From contig JAFGHL010000093.1 in the NCBI GenBank assembly GCA_016930155.1, positions 38,339-102,338 on the forward strand: DNA of 64,000 nucleotides, written 5' to 3'. This stretch comes from Dehalococcoidia bacterium. GTDB lineage: Bacteria > Chloroflexota > Dehalococcoidia > GIF9 > UBA5629. The notes beneath the pieces are model-generated. The model did not search any database. It had not been told where the DNA came from and saw only the letters and a program-made list of their open reading frames with translations. Below are positions 16,767 through 24,828 of this stretch, piece after piece. Position 1 is the first letter of the stretch, and each line of letters begins with the position of its first letter. The translations under genes and the position numbers were made by a program.

Positions 16767-17186
16767 ATGTCACAACAGGAAAATACCGACAAGAGTGATT
16801 GGCCTCCCGTTTTTTCGGCCGACGCCATTGAGCATATGGAACGCCCGCGAAATGTAGGCAGTTTAGCTCGTCCCGACGGCGTGGCCATTATCACCGGATC
16901 ATGTGGTGATACCATGGAATTCTGGCTCCGCATCAATAACGGTAGTATCAGCGATATCAAGTTCTGGACGGATGGCTGCGAGACCACTGTAGCAGCAGGC
17001 AGCATAACCACACTACTGGCAAAAGATAAGCCTGTTGGCGAAGCATTCAAGATAAATCAATATGACATCTTAGACGCTCTGGGCGGGCTGCCCGGGGGCA
17101 GTGAACACTGCGCAGCGCTGGCTGCCAAAACACTAAAAGCTGCGCTGTCAGATTACCTGGAGTTTAAAAACGATCCATGGCAATGA
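16767..17186 (+). CDS. IscU/NifU-N-terminal-like Fe-S scaffold protein (paralog)
   Basis: GSCGDTM, DGCETT and EHCAALA. Confidence 0.8.
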   Translation: MSQQENTDKSDWPPVFSADAIEHMERPRNVGSLARPDGVAIITGSCGDTMEFWLRINNGSISDIKFWTDGCETTVAAGSITTLLAKDKPVGEAFKINQYDILDALGGLPGGSEHCAALAAKTLKAALSDYLEFKNDPWQ

Positions 17187-17449
17187 TTGAATTGATACCC
17201 AGCCTGACACATTGTATTCATACTATCACCAAAAGGGAATATGAGGATACCCTCCGACAGATGTTATCAGACGCAGCCGGGAACGAGCAACTTAATCAAA
17301 GGCTGGAATTGCTCACAATCGTATTGAAAGAAATCGATTTCAAACATCTGCGTCTCGAGTCTGAAAAATACATGGTACAGGGCAAAAAGGTCAAAGTTAT
17401 TTTCTTCCTGGAAAACAATACTCCCGGATACGAAATACAGGTTCTATAA
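17177..17449 (+). CDS. Hypothetical 90-aa protein, paralog of the C-terminus of ORF 15178-15627
   Basis: Overlaps the IscU-like gene by 10 nt. Similarity to the other small ORF is listed above. Confidence 0.55.
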   Translation: MAMIELIPSLTHCIHTITKREYEDTLRQMLSDAAGNEQLNQRLELLTIVLKEIDFKHLRLESEKYMVQGKKVKVIFFLENNTPGYEIQVL

Positions 17450-17633
17450 TCAGTCGGATACTCTGATCCTACACATGGCACATCAAAATCCACATATAAC
17501 CTTATAATTCACGCCTGGTTGTGTCGTTTTCAAGTCCTCCGTCACCTGTTCAATACTCGCTGTCAAAAAAAGTATATAATAGCCCTGATAAATACGCGCC
17601 GAGAATCAGAATACGGCATAGCGATAACCACAA

Positions 17634-18221
17634 ATGGCTACGACTCAGATAAACAAAGTTCCGCGAAAAGAGCAAATAGTCAATGCTGCGAGGAAACTGG
17701 TCATAGAAGTCGGCAGCGAAAATGTTACAGTCAGGAGGATCGCCGAAGAAGTCGGGTTTACCGAGGCGGCGGTTTACCGGCATTTCAAAAGCAAAAGGGA
17801 CATCCTTTACCTGCTGGTTGAAAATATCGAGCGAAGTTTGCTCTTGGATCTAACGATCAAAATTGATCACCGCGGCGATGTGCTTGAGACTCTCCTTATG
17901 CGCCATCTTTCTGCAATTGAAATGCGGCGCGGCATATCTTTCCAGGTCATCGCGGAAATAATCAGCCTCGGTGACGGCAAATTGAACAGCCGCATATATG
18001 ACACCATTGTAATTTATATAGAAAAACTGAAAACGATATTGCAGAAAGAAATCAGCCGGGGTGAATTGCGGAAAGATGTAGATATCGAGGCAACAGCTTT
18101 CTTGATGTTCAGTGTTATGCAGGGAATATCCAATGTCTGGACCTTGAGCAATTACAGCTTCGACCCCAAGAAGAAGTTCAACGCAGTTCTTAAAACACTG
18201 AGAAAAGGACTGCAGGATTAA
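17634..18221 (+). CDS. TetR/AcrR family transcriptional regulator
   Basis: N-terminal HTH IVNAARKLVIEVGSENVTVRRIAEEVGFTEAAVYRHFKSKRDIL. Confidence 0.85.
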   Translation: MATTQINKVPRKEQIVNAARKLVIEVGSENVTVRRIAEEVGFTEAAVYRHFKSKRDILYLLVENIERSLLLDLTIKIDHRGDVLETLLMRHLSAIEMRRGISFQVIAEIISLGDGKLNSRIYDTIVIYIEKLKTILQKEISRGELRKDVDIEATAFLMFSVMQGISNVWTLSNYSFDPKKKFNAVLKTLRKGLQD

Positions 18222-18234
18222 AGAGATTTAGTGC

Positions 18235-19437
18235 ATGTCTGTCATAGAAGTATTCGGTCTGATTGGAGGTCTGCTTGTCCTGGGGTTTCTGGCGGACTTC
18301 CTTTTTAAGAAAACTTATTTCCCTGACATATTAATTCTTCTGGCGCTGGGTTTTCTGATAGGGCCTGTCCTCAAATGGGTTGATCCTGCTCAGATAGCGC
18401 CTTTTTCTCAGCTGATTGCCAGCCTGGCTCTGGTTGTCATTGTATTTAACGCCGGTGTAGAACTGGAATTTGCCAGGGTTATATCCAGCGCTCCTCGAAC
18501 GCTGATCCTAGTATTTCTTGGCGTGTCATTCAGCATGGTGGCCGTAGCTGCCCCGGCCTATTATCTACTGGGCTGGAAGCTAATGGACAGCATCCTCCTC
18601 GGAACTATCGTGGGGGGGACGAGCTCGGCCATAGTAATGCCGCTTATGAGCCGGGCCAGGGTGCCTGAACAGGTTTCTACCCTGCTGTATCTTGAGTCCG
18701 TATTTAACAGCCCGGTTATTATCGTGATAGCGCTGGTGCTACTGGAATCCATTGTAGCCGGGGAGGCAGGCATTTCGCTATCAACTGTCGGCGTAGGTAT
18801 AGTTACACAATTTCTTTTAGGGCTATCCGTGGGAATAATTGCAGGCTTGTTTTGGCTGTGGATACTGACGTTGCTGCAAAACGAAGACTACAACGATATT
18901 GTTACCCTGGCAATTGTATTTCTTCTTTATTATGCCGTTGAACAAATAAACGGCAGTGGTGTTATAGCCGCTCTGGTCTTCGGTTTAATTCTGGGAAACG
19001 GAGTAGCAGCAGGTAAAATGCTTAAACTGAAATGCACAGCTGAAGCTACCGGCATTATGAAGAAATTTACTGCTGAAATTTATTTCTTTATAAAAACGTT
19101 CTTCTTTATATATCTCGGGCTAATAATCTCCTTCAAAGATCCAATGTTGGTCATACTGGGCGTCGTTTTCTCACTGATATTGGTGCTGGCACGATATTTC
19201 GCAGTACTTCTCACCTCTATTGGTAATCATCCGCTGTTCTCACACAGGGGTATACTGGCGACAATGTTGGCCAGAGGGGAGTCGGCGGCTGTCCTCGTAC
19301 AGATAGTAATTGCCGCAGGTATAATAAATGCTGCCGTTTATCCCGATATGGTTATGTCCATTATTATTACTACGGTCATCATATCAGCTCTAAGTGTCCT
19401 TATTTATGGCAGAAACACAGATGAAGAAGCAACTTGA
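18235..19437 (+). CDS. Cation:proton antiporter (Na+/H+ exchanger family)
   Basis: 400 aa with roughly 11-12 hydrophobic segments. The N-terminus LADFLFKKTYFPDILILLALGFLIGP is typical of CPA-family exchangers. Confidence 0.75.
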   Translation: MSVIEVFGLIGGLLVLGFLADFLFKKTYFPDILILLALGFLIGPVLKWVDPAQIAPFSQLIASLALVVIVFNAGVELEFARVISSAPRTLILVFLGVSFSMVAVAAPAYYLLGWKLMDSILLGTIVGGTSSAIVMPLMSRARVPEQVSTLLYLESVFNSPVIIVIALVLLESIVAGEAGISLSTVGVGIVTQFLLGLSVGIIAGLFWLWILTLLQNEDYNDIVTLAIVFLLYYAVEQINGSGVIAALVFGLILGNGVAAGKMLKLKCTAEATGIMKKFTAEIYFFIKTFFFIYLGLIISFKDPMLVILGVVFSLILVLARYFAVLLTSIGNHPLFSHRGILATMLARGESAAVLVQIVIAAGIINAAVYPDMVMSIIITTVIISALSVLIYGRNTDEEAT

Positions 19438-19597
19438 TCAAATCCAACCTGAACCGATAATCCTACGCTATACAATATTGTCACTTACAGCCGAGGCACG
19501 GATTTGAAGAAAATTGTAAAATGTCCCTGGCTTAAATGCTGAAACCAATGTGCAGCAATAGAAAATTGATCACGTTGGAGAAAGGTCACTACATATA

Positions 19598-20860
19598 ATG
19601 CATGATGCAGCTCTTGTCATCGGATTAGTCGGAGTACTGATCTTTGCCGCCCATCTGTTCGAGGCGATATTCAGGCACACCAGGATACCGGATGTACTGC
19701 CCCTGGTGGTCATCGGCATCCTGCTGGGGCCCCTTTTAGGCATAGCCACGCCTACGAGTTTCGGTGCGGTTGGTCCCATCTTCACTGTAGTCACCTTCGT
19801 GTTAATCCTGTTCGAAGCAGGAACTGGCCTCAGCATTTCGTCTTTGCGGAAAACTTATAAAGAGACGTTAATACTGACTACAGTTACCTTCATATTGAAC
19901 GTGGCGCTGATCGGCGTTGCCGCCCATTATCTGACGGGATTGGGATGGGTCAGGTCATTTATTCTCGCATCGGTAGTAGGGGGAATATCGTCCGCCATTA
20001 TAGCGCCCATGCTGGGTCAACTTAATATGCAGGCAGATGGGAAGGCCGTACTGCTATTGGAATCATCGATTACCGATGTATTTTGTGTGATAGCTGCCCT
20101 CAGTTTTATTGACATTTCCGACCTTGGCGATATAACGCAGTTTGATATCGGGCTTGCGATGGGTAAGATGATTGCGTCATTTTTACTTGCTGCCATGATG
20201 GGCACCGTCGGAGCATTCGGCTGGTCATATATATTCAACAAAGTGCGTGGCCTGCAAAACTCGATGTTCACCACCGCGGCCATTGTTTTCGTTATCTTCG
20301 GCCTCGCTGAATGGCTGGGTTACAGCGGCGCGATAGCGGCCCTGGCCTTTGGCATCACGCTGGGAAACATCAGTTCATTGAGATTGCCCAAGCTTTATAG
20401 TGGTTTTAATACCGACTTCAGCGGCCTTAATATCTCGGAGAGAGCGTTCTTTGCTGAGCTGGTATTCATTCTTAAAACGTTTTTCTTCGTCTATATCGGT
20501 ATATCCCTGCAACTGGCGAACTGGTGGCTGATAGTGGTTGGACTTATTCTGACCGTCCTCATTTTCATAATACGCCCGCCGGTTGTGAAATTCACTGTGC
20601 ATAAATCCACGCCGGTGACGGATGCCTCGATGCTGGCGATTGTTATTCCCCGGGGACTGGCGGCGGCCGTCCTCGCGTCCATCCCTTTTCAACAGGGCAT
20701 GGAGGGCGGGGATATCATCCAGAATGTTGCGTATGCAATAATATTGGTCAGCATCATTATCACTTCTTTGCTCGTTTTACTCGTCGATAAAACCCGATTC
20801 AGCAGATTCTATGCCTGGTTTTTTTCCAATCTCGGAAAACAATCTAAAGCTGTTGATTAA
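19598..20860 (+). CDS. Cation:proton antiporter (paralog)
   Basis: 420 aa and polytopic. Clear similarity to the previous gene (LFEAIFRHTRIPDVLPLVVIGILLGP, LESSITDVF, FILKTFFFVYIG). Confidence 0.75.
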   Translation: MHDAALVIGLVGVLIFAAHLFEAIFRHTRIPDVLPLVVIGILLGPLLGIATPTSFGAVGPIFTVVTFVLILFEAGTGLSISSLRKTYKETLILTTVTFILNVALIGVAAHYLTGLGWVRSFILASVVGGISSAIIAPMLGQLNMQADGKAVLLLESSITDVFCVIAALSFIDISDLGDITQFDIGLAMGKMIASFLLAAMMGTVGAFGWSYIFNKVRGLQNSMFTTAAIVFVIFGLAEWLGYSGAIAALAFGITLGNISSLRLPKLYSGFNTDFSGLNISERAFFAELVFILKTFFFVYIGISLQLANWWLIVVGLILTVLIFIIRPPVVKFTVHKSTPVTDASMLAIVIPRGLAAAVLASIPFQQGMEGGDIIQNVAYAIILVSIIITSLLVLLVDKTRFSRFYAWFFSNLGKQSKAVD

Positions 20861-21148
20861 CCCGGGCGGTGGTGCAGTTACCGGGCAGAAATACGGCCGG
20901 TAACCCACCTGTTGAAAACAAAAATATATTTAATAGTGTAAAATAGTATGTAACCGTTCACTAACCTATTCCCGGATACAAAACGGATATACAGCTCCAT
21001 ACCGATGACCGGTAATCTACATCCAAATATCTTCCAACATCTATCCATGACAAAGCGTTGCGGCTGAAGCTCACAGGAAACGGCCTGGCGATAGCCGGGA
21101 AATGTGGATGAAATTGTAGTACTGATCAATTAGAAGGGGAGATGTCCC

Positions 21149-22621
21149 ATGTTTAAGCAAATTGATTTACAGAGACTGGTCAAAGAAAAGCTTGCCGATT
21201 ACGTTTTTGTCGTTGTTTCAAACAGGCAGCCCTACATACATACTTATGTCGGCGATAAAATCGAGTGCTCCGTGCCGGCCAGCGGCCTGACGACGGCACT
21301 TGACCCTGTCATGCAGGCTTGCGGGGGAATCTGGGTAGCTCACGGCAACGGAAACGCCGACAGGGAGGTGGTGGACAGCAAGAACAGGGTATCGGTCCCG
21401 CCTGAATCCGGCAGCTATAAACTCAAGCGTGTATGGTTGTCGGAGGAAGAGGTCGACAGGTATTACCTGGGTTTTTCGAACGAGGCCATGTGGCCGCTCT
21501 GCCATATAGTTTTCCAGCGTCCCAAATTTGATGACGAGGACTGGTATACTTATAAAAACGTCAACAGGCGTTTCGCCGATGCTGTTCTCGATGAAATAGG
21601 GAATCGTAAAGCTTTTGTCTTTATACAGGATTATCATCTCACACTTGTATCGCGGCTGATCAAAGCCAAAAATCCACGAGCCATCACCGCTCAATTCTGG
21701 CACATCCCCTGGCCCAACAGGGAGGCATTCAGGGTCTGTCCATGGCAAAATGAAATACTCTACGGGCTGCTCGGCAATGACCTGCTCGGTTTTCATATTG
21801 CGTACCATCGCCACAACTTCCTCGATACCGTAGACCGGGCACTGGAGTGCAGGATCGATAATGAGAAGTTCTCGGTCACCCACGGCAATCATACAACATA
21901 TGTCAGGCCGTTTCCCATCAGCGTGGATTTTGAGTCCATCACTGAAAGAAGCCAGGCGACTGAAGTTGAACGTGAGATGGCGGCCATTAAAAATAAATAC
22001 GGCATCACAGATGAGATAATCGGTATCGGCCTGGACAGGATCGATTACACCAAGGGCATACCGGAAAGGCTGATGGCCATCGATCAGCTGCTGACCAAAT
22101 ATCCCAAGTACAAGTTCAGCAAAAGAGTGGTCTTTTTTCAACTGGGTGAACCAAGCCGCCTGAAAATCAAGAAATACGAGGATCTTAATGTCGAGATCGA
22201 AAGGCTGATCGCCGATATTAACGGCAGGCATGAGACCGACGGGTGGCGGCCTATAATATATATTAAGGAGCATAAATCGCCCGTTACATTGCTGGCGTTT
22301 AACAGGCTTGCGCACTTCTGCCTTGTCAGCTCCCTCCATGATGGTATGAACCTGGTCGCGAAGGAGTTCATATCCAGCAGGTTGGATGGGGACGGTGTCC
22401 TTATTTTGAGCCGGTTTACCGGCGCATCCAGGGAGCTGGAGGATGCGCTCATGATTAACCCGTTTGCATTGGAAGAGCTCGCAGAAACCATTCAAGCAGC
22501 GATAGAGATGCCTGAAGAGCAGCGTCGTAAGAGGATGGATAGATTGCGCGAAAAAGTTCGCGAATACAATGTCTATCGATGGGCTGCCGATATTATCACG
22601 GCCATGGTAGATATTAAATAA
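21149..22621 (+). CDS. otsA: Alpha,alpha-trehalose-phosphate synthase (GT20)
   Basis: VVVSNRQPY, FSNEAMWPLCH, IQDYHL, HIPWP, LGVDRIDYTKGI-type (GLDRIDYTKGIPERL) and SLHDGMNLVAKE. Confidence 0.9.
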   Translation: MFKQIDLQRLVKEKLADYVFVVVSNRQPYIHTYVGDKIECSVPASGLTTALDPVMQACGGIWVAHGNGNADREVVDSKNRVSVPPESGSYKLKRVWLSEEEVDRYYLGFSNEAMWPLCHIVFQRPKFDDEDWYTYKNVNRRFADAVLDEIGNRKAFVFIQDYHLTLVSRLIKAKNPRAITAQFWHIPWPNREAFRVCPWQNEILYGLLGNDLLGFHIAYHRHNFLDTVDRALECRIDNEKFSVTHGNHTTYVRPFPISVDFESITERSQATEVEREMAAIKNKYGITDEIIGIGLDRIDYTKGIPERLMAIDQLLTKYPKYKFSKRVVFFQLGEPSRLKIKKYEDLNVEIERLIADINGRHETDGWRPIIYIKEHKSPVTLLAFNRLAHFCLVSSLHDGMNLVAKEFISSRLDGDGVLILSRFTGASRELEDALMINPFALEELAETIQAAIEMPEEQRRKRMDRLREKVREYNVYRWAADIITAMVDIK

Positions 22622-22636
22622 ATAGTCTCAGGATAA

Positions 22637-23437
22637 ATGGAATACCTTTTTAACGATTGGAACAGCATCTGGAAGCAGTTGAAGGCCGCGAAACATAAGG
22701 TGATTTTATTCGACTACGACGGCACATTGACACCGATAGTGGACCGGCCGGAGATTGCACGCCTGCCGGGTGAAGTTAAAGTTTTGCTGGAAAAATTGAC
22801 TCACAAGCAGGGCATAACAGTCGGTATTATCAGCGGACGGGCGATCTCGGATATACGGGAGAAGGTAGGCATAGACAGTATTATTTTCGCCGGAAATCAC
22901 GGTTTGGAGATCGAGGGGCCGGGCATAAGGTTTATCCATCCTCTGACCGATGAAATTGAATCGCTGATGCATGTTATAGGTATTGTTTTAACCAAGGCCC
23001 TGTCCAGAATAAGAGGAGCGATGGTCGAAGATAAAGGCCTGAGCCTCAGCGTTCATTACAGGCAGGTTGATTCCGAGCAACTGCCGCAGGTCGACGCCAT
23101 ATTTAACAATACCGTTGATATCGGCAGAAAGAGGGGCAAGATCAGGACTTCATCGGGGAAAAAAGTGCACGAGGTAAGACCCGCCGTACCCTGGAACAAA
23201 GGAAAGGCTGTGCAGATGATCATGGAGAAGTTCCTTCCTAAAAATGTGCGAGGTTCATATCTATCCATGTATGTCGGGGATGATTTAACGGATGAGGATG
23301 CTTTTCAGGCGATCAACAATGCAGGAGGGATATCGGTATTCGTTGGAGATGCCGGTCAAAAGTCCGCCGCCGCATATTATTTAAATGATACGTCAGAGGT
23401 AAGCAGTTTACTTGCTGAAGTACTTAAGATTGCGTAG
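22637..23437 (+). CDS. otsB: Trehalose-6-phosphate phosphatase (HAD family)
   Basis: The HAD motif I LFDYDGTL, ISGR, and the GDDLTDEDAF motif. Confidence 0.85.
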   Translation: MEYLFNDWNSIWKQLKAAKHKVILFDYDGTLTPIVDRPEIARLPGEVKVLLEKLTHKQGITVGIISGRAISDIREKVGIDSIIFAGNHGLEIEGPGIRFIHPLTDEIESLMHVIGIVLTKALSRIRGAMVEDKGLSLSVHYRQVDSEQLPQVDAIFNNTVDIGRKRGKIRTSSGKKVHEVRPAVPWNKGKAVQMIMEKFLPKNVRGSYLSMYVGDDLTDEDAFQAINNAGGISVFVGDAGQKSAAAYYLNDTSEVSSLLAEVLKIA

Positions 23438-23446
23438 GATAAAAAT

Positions 23447-24820
23447 ATGATTGAATGGTTTCAACAAAACTGGCTGCTTGTAGTGGTGCCGCTTGCGCTG
23501 TTTCTGGCCTTCTGTATTATCGGCTTGTGGGCGAGACGCGTTCTCTATTTCAATCTGGACAGGCACCTGACCAGATCGGGATGGGGTGGCCGGGATGTGC
23601 TTATTCAGACTTCACGCGGGCCTTTCTTCTTCTGGTTCGTTCTGCTCGGTTTATACGTTGCTATAGCATTCTCCAGCATCCAGGATGACCACAAGGCCCT
23701 GATCATCAAAATCATCGCCAGCGTATTCATTATCTCCATAATCTGGCTGCTTATCATCCTCAGCGAAAGGCTGCTGAGCATTTACCTGAGCGAATACAAA
23801 AGCGTAGAAAGGACTGCGAAACATGTGATGACCGCTCTGCGTTCAACGCTTATTATCATCGGATTATTGATACTGCTTGATTACTGGGGCTGGCCGCTCA
23901 CACCCTTAATACTGCTGATCGCCGTAGTCATGCTTGTAGTCATCATAGCCTCACGTGACGCGATACTGAATATTTTCTCGGGATTCGAGATCTCAGCCAG
24001 CCGTCTGGTTAAAGAGGGTGACTTTATTAAAATCGGCTCCGGCGACGCAGGCTATGTGACCGATATGGGATGGAGAAATCTAATCGTCAGGACACCCGAT
24101 CAACACACCATCGTAATACCGAATAGCAAGCTGGTCAGGGAAACCATCGTCAATTATGGCCGCCCGCTGAAAAAAACTGAGGAGCCGTTCCATTTCTATA
24201 CCAGGCTTAGTCTCAAGGAGCTGACCGGGCTGAAAGCAACGAATTTGATCGCACTGGTAAATATACTCAAGGCGGCGCCGGACTCTATAGTCTATTACCA
24301 CACGCATCATTTTCTGGAGGAGTTCCAGTACCTTACGCCTGAGCCCGCCAATGATTTCGCCTTATGGATCGGCGATGCGCTGGACAATCCTGTGTTGTCT
24401 GAAAAACTCGCCAATATCGACACCTTTGAGTTCACCAGCCTGGGCTCTTTAAAGGCCGCATTGATCTCGGTTATCGAGCAGTATATGGCAGAGAATCCGG
24501 ATATAAGGTTTACCCAGGCCGAGCGCGATTTTCATTTCATTAAAGTAGTCAACGTCATCGCGCCGACACCTTACTTCGCCTCCGACCTGCGCGAGTTCGT
24601 CGAGGTGCTGCGCAAGATTACTCTGGATTCGCTTTACTATCATGTATTCGAATCGAGGTTGAGGCTGCAAAGACGTTCCAACGATTTCTCCGTATGGATC
24701 AGGGACTCATTTGAGGAGGATGATCTTGCTGAGAAGATCGACAATCTCGTGCCTTATACTACAACCCTCGAGGGTTTAAGGTCAGTCATTATTCAGCTCA
24801 TCGAGAAACGAATTAAGTAG
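23447..24820 (+). CDS. MscS-type mechanosensitive channel fused to two tandem copies of a ~100-aa uncharacterised domain (DUF5752-like)
   Basis: TM helices followed by the MscS beta-domain (GDFIKIGSGDAGYVTDMGWRNLIVRTPDQHTIVIPNSKL). Two repeats follow, each with FHF...YYH...NDF.(L/V)WI...L.EK. Confidence 0.75.
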   Translation: MIEWFQQNWLLVVVPLALFLAFCIIGLWARRVLYFNLDRHLTRSGWGGRDVLIQTSRGPFFFWFVLLGLYVAIAFSSIQDDHKALIIKIIASVFIISIIWLLIILSERLLSIYLSEYKSVERTAKHVMTALRSTLIIIGLLILLDYWGWPLTPLILLIAVVMLVVIIASRDAILNIFSGFEISASRLVKEGDFIKIGSGDAGYVTDMGWRNLIVRTPDQHTIVIPNSKLVRETIVNYGRPLKKTEEPFHFYTRLSLKELTGLKATNLIALVNILKAAPDSIVYYHTHHFLEEFQYLTPEPANDFALWIGDALDNPVLSEKLANIDTFEFTSLGSLKAALISVIEQYMAENPDIRFTQAERDFHFIKVVNVIAPTPYFASDLREFVEVLRKITLDSLYYHVFESRLRLQRRSNDFSVWIRDSFEEDDLAEKIDNLVPYTTTLEGLRSVIIQLIEKRIK

Positions 24821-24828
24821 GAAACACC

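Noticed and set aside
20877-20904. The hairpin GTTACCGG-12 nt-CCGGTAAC after the second antiporter gene, considered as a terminator.
   Set aside because: The loop is long (12 nt) and no U-tract follows. It is at best a weak RNA structure.
21218-22495. A 425-aa minus-strand ORF.
   Set aside because: It is antisense to otsA, whose GT20 motifs are clear. Shadow ORF.
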